Below are positions 55,283 through 64,000 of a DNA stretch of 64,000 bases, piece by piece. Source of the stretch: Dehalococcoidia bacterium (GTDB lineage: Bacteria > Chloroflexota > Dehalococcoidia > Lucifugimonadales > UBA1123); contig JAGWBK010000001.1 of NCBI GenBank assembly GCA_021295915.1, positions 139,644-203,643 on the forward strand. Reading direction: 5' to 3'. Positions within the stretch are counted from its first letter, which is position 1, and every line of letters begins with the position of its first letter. The position numbers and the translations under genes are program-made. Under the pieces are notes generated by a model. It saw only the letters and a list, made by a program, of their open reading frames with translations. It was not told the DNA's origin and searched no databases.

Positions 55283-58200
55283 TCAGACGTAGCCGTTCTT
55301 CGCGTCCCAGGCTGCGGTCTCGGAAGACCGCTGGGCGGGGTCACCATATCCCCCACCGCCGGATGACAGGGCGACGATGCGGTCGCCAGGCCTCACAACC
55401 ACGCCCGTCTGCTTGGTCGGTAGAACAGTTTCCGTCCCATTAGAGACGATGGAGTACCTGTGAGGAAGCCCTGGTTCGCCGCCAAGAACACCGAACGGAG
55501 GCACAACAGCGCCGTCCCCTGCGGTGTTCAGCGAAGCGTCCCCTTCACCCTCGTAGACGATTTCGCAGACGGCCCCCAGGCCACCTCTCCACTCGCCCTC
55601 ACCTGCGGAGCCGGGCCTGAGCTCGTGGTTCACTACGAACAGGGGGAAGCGCTCCTCGGTAACCTCAACGCTGTTGGCGCGAATGCCGCCGGCAACGTTC
55701 ACCTCACCTACGCAGCTCCAGCCGTCGTGTCCCTGCGACGCTCCACCTCCGCCCCTCGCCATGAAGAAGTGCCACAGGAACGACTCGCCGGTCCTCGGAT
55801 CGATCCCAGTGATTGCGTACCTCAGACGACGGGAGAAGCCGGCGTTCACTGCCTCTGGGACCGCCTGAGAGAGGGCCTTGAAGATCGCTTCGACAATCTC
55901 CTCGGCACAGTGGTTGGTGCTCATGCAAACAGGGGCGGGAGCGTTGGCATTGACTATCAGACCCTTGGGCGCGATGACCTCGAGGGGGCCCATGGAACCC
56001 TCGTTCTTGGGCACGTCATACGGGGCCACGTACATGATGGCGGCGTGAGCTAGGGACCTGGTATTCGCGTATGCGCTGTTGATGAATCCAGTAACCTGGG
56101 ACGCGGACTCGCTCAGATCAATGGTCATCGTGTCGCCAGCGATGGTGATCGCGGCCCTAATCGGGATGAGTTCCGAGTCGAATCCATCGTCATCAACGAG
56201 CGATTCGCCGTAGTAGACGCCGTCAGGCCACTCGGAGATGAAGCTCCTCACTTGCGCCTCCGTCGCCTCCAAAATCCCGTCCACTATGCGAGTGAGGTTG
56301 TCGACACCGTAGTGATCGACAAGTTCTCGTATCCGGCGCTCGGCGGTCAGTACCGATCCAATCTGGGCATTGAGGTCGCCAAGAAAGTTCTTCGGGGTCC
56401 TGACATTTGCCGCCATCATCTGCAGCAGGTCGTCACGAGGGACGTCACGGTCATATATCCTGAGCGGCGGAATGCGCAGACCTTCGTGGAAGATCTCGCT
56501 CGCGGACGGATTGTAGCCCCCGTGGGTGCCTCCACCGACATCTGTGTGGTGCGCCCTGTTGACGGTCATGAACACAAGGTCGCCGTCGACGAACACTGGC
56601 CTGATCACGGTCAGGTCCGGCAGATGTGAGCCTCCGAAGTACGGATCGTTCAGGAGGAACACGTCACCGGGGGCAATGTCGTCTCCGAAGTAGTCCAACA
56701 CGGCACGCCCGGCAACCGGGAGCGCGCTCATGTGTACGGGGATGCCCTCCCCCTGCGCGACCATTCTGCTTTGACTGTCGAGGATGGCCGTCGAAAAGTC
56801 CCTGCTCGCGTTCAGGATCTGCGAGAGAGCCGTGCGGAGCATCACGTCCATCATCTCGATCGCGATGGACTCCAGCCGGTTTCCAACCACGGACAGGGTG
56901 ACGGAGTCTGCCGCCGTATCTTCAGGAGCCTGTGTGTCAATCTGGACGTCGATGTGCATGACGCCGCGCGAGTCGAGTCTCGCAGAGCACCCCTCACCAA
57001 CTACCACTGTGTTGTAGTCGGTGTTGATCACTGATGGGCCTTGAGTCGCCGGGTGGGAAGAACTCGGCTCGTTTGCCGTGGCTTCTGTTGAGTCTGAGTC
57101 CAAACCTGAGCCCGCCGGAAGTCTCCCGACCGCGCTTGCCCGCAGGGTAACGATCCTGATGTCCTGTTCCTGCTGACGATACGCGTAGAGACGCTCGAAC
57201 CGGATGTGCATGTTCTCCGCCCAGCGAAGCCGCAACTCCTCATCGGGTAAGTTCAAGTCTGGAACCTCGACCGTCACCTCGTAAATCTGGTCGAGGTAGC
57301 GCATGTCAGCCGAAAAGGTCACGGTAATGTCGGAATCAGTGGCACCGGCTGAAAGAAGCCGATTACGGCCGGCCTGGTCCAGGTCGTTGAATGCAGATCG
57401 CAGGCTATCGAGATCCACAGTACTGAGGCTCGATGGATGGGAGAAAGCAAGATCGTACTTCAGGTCTGACGCCATCATTCCGAACGCGGAGAGCACCGGG
57501 CCGGCAGGCGGAATCAGGGCGCGGCTGATGCCGATCTCCCTCGCTACCCTTGTAGTCACAAGCCCTGCGGCGCCACCAAATCCCATCAGGGCAAACTCGC
57601 GGGGATCGAGGCCACGACTCACAGAAGCCAGGCGGATTCCCTCCGCGATCGAGCTGGACACGACCCTGAGTATGCCCTCCGCGGCAGACTCGACGTCCAG
57701 TCCAAGGGGTTCAGCGACCTGGCTGCATATCGCCTCGATCGCCAGCTCTTCGTCAAGCTGAACGGCTCCTCCAAGGAACTTGTCGGTGTTGAGCAACCCA
57801 AGAACAAGGGCAGCGTCCGTTACCGTGGGTTGAGTTCCGCCCTTCCCATAGCAAGCGGGACCCGGGTCTGCGCCTGCGCTGGTAGGACCGACACGCAGCA
57901 CTCCGCCTTCATCGACGCGGGCAATACTCCCGCCGCCTGCACCGAGGGTGTGTATGTCGACTGTGGGAACGGCAATCTTCCAGCCCGCTTCGAATTTCTC
58001 GCCCGTCACATGTGGCGTGCCATCCTCTATCAGAGTAATGTCAGTGCTCGTGCCGCCCATGTCGAGGGCAATAACGCGCTCTTCTCCCAACTGCCGGGCC
58101 ACGTGTGCTGCTCCGGCTGCCCCTCCCGCAGGGCCGGAGAGTATCGACCTCACGGCCTGCTCAGAGCTGTCCGATACCGGCGCGATTCCACCGTTGGACT

Positions 58201-59062
58201 GGATAACGAAGACGGGCACAGTCCCGCCGGCTTCAGTTATTCGACCCTCGAGCCGCCGGAGGTAACTGGCCAGTGACGGGCCGACATACGCGTTCAGCGT
58301 TGTCGTCGAAAGACGGTCGAACTCCTTGATCTGGGGAAGGATGACGTGAGACGAGGATACGTAGGCGTCGGGCATCATCTCTCTGACTATTCGCTCTGCC
58401 TCTCTTTCGTGGTCGGGGTTCAGGAACGAGAAGAGGAAGCAGATCGCGACCGAGTCTACGCCCTCCGACTGGAGATATTCGACCTGGCGTTTCAGCTCCT
58501 CTACGTCAAGCTCACGCCTTACCATCCCGCTGGAATCCACACGCTCGGGCACTCCTACCCTCAGGTACCTCGGAGCGAGCGGTTCGACCTGGTCCATTCG
58601 CAGGTTGTACCTGTCCTCCTTCAGCCCTTCGCGTATCTCAAGCAGGTCGCGAAACCCTTCCGTCGTGATCAGGCCTACCCTGGCTCCCTTTCTCTCGACC
58701 AACGTATTCGTTGCCACAGTAGTCCCGTGAATCAGCACCTCCGCGCCGCCAAGCAGGTCTTCCGACGTAACCTCCATTGCCGCTGCAAGTCCCTCAATAC
58801 CGTTGACGACGCCAAGTGATGGGTCGTCAGGCGTCGTTGGGGTCTTGAACACGGCTGGAGCCGAGTCCCCCACACGCATCGCGACCAGGTCTGTGAAGGT
58901 TCCGCCGACGTCAACACCAATTCTCAACAATCTGTCCTTTCGATCAAGAGCGATGACCACTGGCCATTCAGTTCGAGGCGGTGCGTAGAATACTACAACT
59001 GACTGCGATTCAGCAGATGGACAACTGGTCAGGACTGCCAAGAGGCGGCCAGAGGGCCACAT
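55283..59062 (-). CDS. fused hydantoinase A / hydantoinase B: 5-oxoprolinase (ATP-hydrolysing)-like protein
   Basis: 1259 aa. The N-terminal HyuA-type region has IGVDVGGTFTD and the C-terminal half is HyuB-type. The true start is probably nearer LLRIGVDVGG than the first ATG. Confidence 0.9.
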   Translation of the reverse strand: MWPSGRLLAVLTSCPSAESQSVVVFYAPPRTEWPVVIALDRKDRLLRIGVDVGGTFTDLVAMRVGDSAPAVFKTPTTPDDPSLGVVNGIEGLAAAMEVTSEDLLGGAEVLIHGTTVATNTLVERKGARVGLITTEGFRDLLEIREGLKEDRYNLRMDQVEPLAPRYLRVGVPERVDSSGMVRRELDVEELKRQVEYLQSEGVDSVAICFLFSFLNPDHEREAERIVREMMPDAYVSSSHVILPQIKEFDRLSTTTLNAYVGPSLASYLRRLEGRITEAGGTVPVFVIQSNGGIAPVSDSSEQAVRSILSGPAGGAAGAAHVARQLGEERVIALDMGGTSTDITLIEDGTPHVTGEKFEAGWKIAVPTVDIHTLGAGGGSIARVDEGGVLRVGPTSAGADPGPACYGKGGTQPTVTDAALVLGLLNTDKFLGGAVQLDEELAIEAICSQVAEPLGLDVESAAEGILRVVSSSIAEGIRLASVSRGLDPREFALMGFGGAAGLVTTRVAREIGISRALIPPAGPVLSAFGMMASDLKYDLAFSHPSSLSTVDLDSLRSAFNDLDQAGRNRLLSAGATDSDITVTFSADMRYLDQIYEVTVEVPDLNLPDEELRLRWAENMHIRFERLYAYRQQEQDIRIVTLRASAVGRLPAGSGLDSDSTEATANEPSSSHPATQGPSVINTDYNTVVVGEGCSARLDSRGVMHIDVQIDTQAPEDTAADSVTLSVVGNRLESIAIEMMDVMLRTALSQILNASRDFSTAILDSQSRMVAQGEGIPVHMSALPVAGRAVLDYFGDDIAPGDVFLLNDPYFGGSHLPDLTVIRPVFVDGDLVFMTVNRAHHTDVGGGTHGGYNPSASEIFHEGLRIPPLRIYDRDVPRDDLLQMMAANVRTPKNFLGDLNAQIGSVLTAERRIRELVDHYGVDNLTRIVDGILEATEAQVRSFISEWPDGVYYGESLVDDDGFDSELIPIRAAITIAGDTMTIDLSESASQVTGFINSAYANTRSLAHAAIMYVAPYDVPKNEGSMGPLEVIAPKGLIVNANAPAPVCMSTNHCAEEIVEAIFKALSQAVPEAVNAGFSRRLRYAITGIDPRTGESFLWHFFMARGGGGASQGHDGWSCVGEVNVAGGIRANSVEVTEERFPLFVVNHELRPGSAGEGEWRGGLGAVCEIVYEGEGDASLNTAGDGAVVPPFGVLGGEPGLPHRYSIVSNGTETVLPTKQTGVVVRPGDRIVALSSGGGGYGDPAQRSSETAAWDAKNGYV

Positions 59063-59191
59063 GCTGAGAGACCAGGTCTGGACTGAATCTCATCCGGGGC
59101 CAGACTGGGACGTAGTGTAGCGGCCTCATCAGCCTCATGGGGCGTTCAATTCTACCTGGCACGTGGCCTGCCGTTCGCGGAATACTCTAAG

Positions 59192-61054
59192 ATGATGGCT
59201 GAGGTAGTGAATTTGAACGACTATTGGAACAACGACATCCGCAACTTGGCCATCGTAGCCCACGTTGACCACGGTAAGACCACCCTGGTGGACGAACTGT
59301 TGAAACAGGGCCAGGTATTCGCTGCTCACCAACAGGTGGGAGCCCTGATCATGGACACCAACCCCCTCGAGCGGGAGCGCGGCATCACCATCCTGGCCAA
59401 GAACGCCTCCGTCTCCTACCGGGGAACAAGGATCAACATCATCGATACGCCGGGCCACGCCGATTTTGGTGGCGAGGTGGAGCGCGTCATGAACATGGCA
59501 GACGGCTGTTTGTTACTTGTAGACGCCGTCGACGGCCCCATGCCGCAGACCACTTACGTACTGCGCCAGGCACTACAGCAGAACGTAAACCCAATGGTGG
59601 TTGTAAATAAGATTGACCGACCCGATGCCAGGGTGGCTGAGGTAGTAGAGATGGTCCAGGACCTGTTCCTGGACGTGGCCACGGATGCAGCGCAGCTTGA
59701 TTTTCCTGTTGTATACGCATCTGCCCGCGACGGTTACGCCACATTGGATTTGGGTGAACCCGCATCGAATATGGGACCACTCTTTGAGGCCATTCTGGAT
59801 TCCGTGCCGCCACCAAAGGGAAACCCTGACGCCCCTCTGCAAATGCTTGTTGCGGCACTTGACTACGACAACTACCTGGGACAGATTGCCATCGGCCGCG
59901 TCACCAACGGCACACTCAGACAGCGGGACGAAGTGGCCCTGCTCAGCAGTAGCGCCGAGCCCACGCACCACCTCATCGAGCGCATCTTTGTATTCCAGGG
60001 GATGGAACGCGTCGAGGTCGAAGAGGCTCATGCCGGAAACATTGTGGCAATCTCCGGTCCTGAGGGAATGTCTATTGGTGACACCATTGCTTCTCTCGAA
60101 GACCCGATGGCTCTACCCGCAATTGACATTAACGAGCCGACAGTGCGAATGACGTTCGGTGTCAATACCTCCCCCTTCATGGGCAAGGAGGGGGACTACT
60201 GCACTTCCCGCAATCTCCACGAACGGTTGACAAGGGAGCTGCGCACGAATGTCAGCCTGAGAGTAGAGACGACGGACAGCCCGGACGTTTTCGTGGTTGC
60301 GGGGCGCGGCGAGCTGCACCTGTCCATCCTGGTTGAGACCATGCGCCGTGAACAGTTCGAATTCCAGGTTTCCCGCCCTGTGCCTATCACCAAGGTGATC
60401 GAAGGCAAGGTGCACGAACCCTATGAAGTCCTGAACGTCACTACCCGCGAAGAGTATGTGGGCACGCTGACGGAATACCTGTCGGCGCACCTGGGCCAGC
60501 TTCGGGATATGCGGTACGGTGAGGACGGTTACGTGTACCTGGAGTACAAGGTTCCCACCCGGGGGCTCATCGGATTCAACGCCTTCTTTCTACGCACCAC
60601 CCGTGGCGATGGTGTCAAGAGCAGTGTCTTCTCGTCGTATGAACCGATGGAGGGTGAAATCCAGTCCCGGCGCGGTGGCGCACTCGTGGCGTCCGAGGGC
60701 GGAGTAGCTGTCACCTATGGGCTGCTCAACGCCCAAGGTAGGGGCGATACGTTCATCGACCCCGGCACCAGGGTCTACTCCGGCATGATTGTAGGCTCCC
60801 AGCGCCGCGAGGGAGACATCGACATCAACGTCTGCAAGGAAAAGAAGCTGACCAACATCCGCTCGTCGACGGCCGACGTTGCAAAGCGCCTGAAGGCCAC
60901 TACGACCATGAGCCTCGAGGAAGCGCTGGCGTTCATCTCCGATGACGAACTCGTGGAGGTCACTCCGCAGAACCTGCGGCTACGCAAGATGTCTCTTTCC
61001 GCAGTTGACCGCAAACGGCAGCGCCGCGTGGTCGCCCGTGCGCGGACAGAGTAG
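59192..61054 (+). CDS. typA: translational GTPase TypA/BipA
   Basis: 620 aa with G motifs [14 protein letters not shown] and NKID. Confidence 0.95.
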   Translation: MMAEVVNLNDYWNNDIRNLAIVAHVDHGKTTLVDELLKQGQVFAAHQQVGALIMDTNPLERERGITILAKNASVSYRGTRINIIDTPGHADFGGEVERVMNMADGCLLLVDAVDGPMPQTTYVLRQALQQNVNPMVVVNKIDRPDARVAEVVEMVQDLFLDVATDAAQLDFPVVYASARDGYATLDLGEPASNMGPLFEAILDSVPPPKGNPDAPLQMLVAALDYDNYLGQIAIGRVTNGTLRQRDEVALLSSSAEPTHHLIERIFVFQGMERVEVEEAHAGNIVAISGPEGMSIGDTIASLEDPMALPAIDINEPTVRMTFGVNTSPFMGKEGDYCTSRNLHERLTRELRTNVSLRVETTDSPDVFVVAGRGELHLSILVETMRREQFEFQVSRPVPITKVIEGKVHEPYEVLNVTTREEYVGTLTEYLSAHLGQLRDMRYGEDGYVYLEYKVPTRGLIGFNAFFLRTTRGDGVKSSVFSSYEPMEGEIQSRRGGALVASEGGVAVTYGLLNAQGRGDTFIDPGTRVYSGMIVGSQRREGDIDINVCKEKKLTNIRSSTADVAKRLKATTTMSLEEALAFISDDELVEVTPQNLRLRKMSLSAVDRKRQRRVVARARTE

Positions 61055-61088
61055 AAGTCCTCGGGGAATCGGCGCGTAATAAGTGAAG

Positions 61089-61173
61089 TGGTGGGGAAGG
61101 GGAGACTCGAACTCCCACGCCTTTCGGCACATGATCCTAAATCATGCTCGTCTACCAATTCCGACACTCCGGA
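61089..61173 (-). tRNA. tRNA-Leu (anticodon UAG) with three mismatched terminal acceptor pairs
   Basis: The minus strand reads UCCGGAG-UG-UCGGAAUUGGUAGACGA-G-CAUGA-UUUAGGA-UCAUG-(extra arm GCC-GAAA-GGC)-GGGAG-UUCGAGU-CUCCC-CUUCCCC-A-CCA. The D, anticodon, extra and T arms are all canonical. The anticodon is at 61137-61139. Confidence 0.75.
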
Positions 61174-61203
61174 ATTATAGTTGCCGCGTCGCTCGCGTGT
61201 CGA
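61174..61203 (-). promoter_or_regulatory. sigma70-like promoter, TCGACA-N18-TATAAT, abutting the tRNA-Leu 5' end
   Basis: On the minus strand the -35 TCGACA is at 61198-61203 and the -10 TATAAT at 61174-61179. The -10 directly touches tRNA position 1. Confidence 0.4.
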
Positions 61204-61341
61204 ACGATTACCGTGTATTCGACACCTCGAAAATGCTAAAATACTATCGGCGGAAACGCATGGCGTTGAGGTTGCTCTCGAGCGCAGCGAGTGTCCTGAA
61301 GTGACCGCCACATGAGTAAATCAAATAGAGGTGAGGGATAG

Positions 61342-62943
<1,602 letters not shown>

Positions 62944-62992
62944 AAGATGGTAATAAGTGACCGTCTAATCTTGTGCACTCTGTGAGAATCGG

Positions 62993-63031
62993 CTGGCGAT
63001 GGCGGTCCTGTAAAGGCCCAGCCATCGCCAG
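62993..63031. terminator. long stem-loop downstream of groEL (possible terminator, no clear U-tract)
   Basis: 11-bp stem ctggcgatggc/gccatcgccag with a 17-nt loop. Confidence 0.35.
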
Positions 63032-63076
63032 ACTCTAGACAGCGGACCAGTCTGCATCGCTACAGGGCAACATCGA

Positions 63077-64000
63077 ATGACTGACCAGATAGAAGAGGTC
63101 TCAACCGCCGAGCAGCCTTCGGATCCAGACGCCACGATACAGGTGAAGGGTGTTACGAAGAGGTTTGGCTCCCATGTTGCAGTCGACAACCTCTCGTTCG
63201 ATGTAAAGCGCGGCGAGATCGTTGGATTCCTTGGCCCAAACGGCTCAGGCAAAACGACGACCATGCGAATGCTGACGTCGTTCTACACGCCTGACCTGGG
63301 GTCCATATCCATCAATGGTACAGACACTCAGGAGAGCGATCTCGTCACACGAGGGTCCATCGGGTACCTGCCAGAGAACAATCCTCTCTATGAAGACATG
63401 CTGGTGGCAGAGTACCTCGCCTTCGTTGCCGAGCTACGCGGCCTGAACGGCGCCGAACGCAAGTCCAACATGGACCTGACCGTCGAAGAGACTGGCATCC
63501 AGGAAGTCTTCTACCGGCCAATCCATGAGCTTTCAAAGGGTTACCACCAGAGGGTGGGCCTCGCCCAGGCCATTCTTCACAGGCCATCGATTCTGGTCCT
63601 CGACGAACCGACCGAGGGCCTCGATCCCAACCAGCGAATTACCATTCGGGACCTGATTAGACATCTCGGCGGCGAGCGAACCGTCTTGCTGAGTACGCAT
63701 GTCATGCAGGAGGTCGAGAACACCTGCGAGCGCGTCCTAGTGATCAGGAGAGGCAAGCTGGTGGCCAACAGCCCGGTCCAGGACCTTCTGCACCAGACAC
63801 TCGAGCTTAGGACCGTTCATCTCGAGGTGGACGGCAACAACGTCGAGGCCGGACTCGCAGAGATTGACGGAATCACGTCTGTCGAGAGCATGGGCATCGA
63901 AGCCGGTCGGAAGCGCTACAGGCTCTCTGTGTCGGCAGAGGGGGACCCCAGGGGCGACATATTCACGCTTGCCAAGTCAAGAGACTGGACCTTGTGGGAA
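63077..64000 (+). CDS. ABC transporter ATP-binding protein (GldA-like), 3' end beyond the window
   Basis: The ATG at 63077 opens MTDQIEEV..., with Walker A GPNGSGKTT, signature LSKGYHQR and Walker B LVLDEPT. The frame stays open to position 64000. It is not in the ORF track because no stop codon is reached. Confidence 0.85.
   Translation, partial: MTDQIEEVSTAEQPSDPDATIQVKGVTKRFGSHVAVDNLSFDVKRGEIVGFLGPNGSGKTTTMRMLTSFYTPDLGSISINGTDTQESDLVTRGSIGYLPENNPLYEDMLVAEYLAFVAELRGLNGAERKSNMDLTVEETGIQEVFYRPIHELSKGYHQRVGLAQAILHRPSILVLDEPTEGLDPNQRITIRDLIRHLGGERTVLLSTHVMQEVENTCERVLVIRRGKLVANSPVQDLLHQTLELRTVHLEVDGNNVEAGLAEIDGITSVESMGIEAGRKRYRLSVSAEGDPRGDIFTLAKSRDWTLWE

Noticed and set aside
54291-55292. 333-aa plus-strand ORF antisense to the CE7 esterase.
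   Set aside because: It is a shadow ORF with no motifs. The same reasoning applies to 4661-5485, 13178-13840, 30188-30949, 33706-34302, 45057-45770 and 51873-52646, each of which lies antisense to or out of frame with a well-supported gene.
61272-61296. CIRCE-like inverted repeat upstream of groEL (TTGCTCTC-N9-GAGTGTCC).
   Set aside because: It matches only about half of the TTAGCACTC-N9-GAGTGCTAA consensus and the arms are poorly complementary. That is too weak to call an HrcA operator.

Overview
This 64 kb window looks like a gene-dense, roughly 58% GC bacterial chromosome segment, about 90% coding. I saw no transposase, integrase, CRISPR array or rRNA. Most genes are housekeeping or heterotrophic metabolism: lutABC, gamma-glutamyltransferase, an S9 peptidase, hpt, trxA, a NifS-like desulfurase, agmatinase, a GldA/F/G-type ABC system, cinA, coaE, rarA, fumC, argS, typA, groEL, and several amidohydrolases and hydantoinases. 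The gene content is reminiscent of a marine Chloroflexota-like heterotroph, but I cannot establish taxonomy from this window.

The main theme is selenocysteine decoding:
- selA lies at 30318-31688.
- selD is itself recoded, with an in-frame TGA at 46711 followed by a hairpin.
- A tRNA-Sec-like gene with anticodon UCA lies at about 14715-14823.
- Directly next to that tRNA is a GrdB-like 'UGSC' selenoprotein gene. Its reading frame is split by TGA at 14361, and a perfect 9-bp hairpin starts 10 nt downstream.

The UGSC gene sits 13 nt behind an uncharacterised 343-aa gene and faces tRNA-Sec and trxA. I consider this two-gene module the best candidate for an undescribed redox system.

Other points worth a second look:
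- Both tRNA genes have acceptor stems that do not pair properly when folded by hand.
- A promoter-to-terminator small RNA candidate lies at 11793-11945.
- hpt carries an N-terminal nuclease-like domain.
- An AdoMetDC-like gene is translationally coupled to agmatinase.
- A coaE-cbbQ/norQ-Nudix-giant VWA operon has no visible client enzyme.
- A fused 5-oxoprolinase operon contains a catalytically degenerate CE7 esterase paralogue.

All protein calls rest on motif recognition in the supplied translations. No database search was run.
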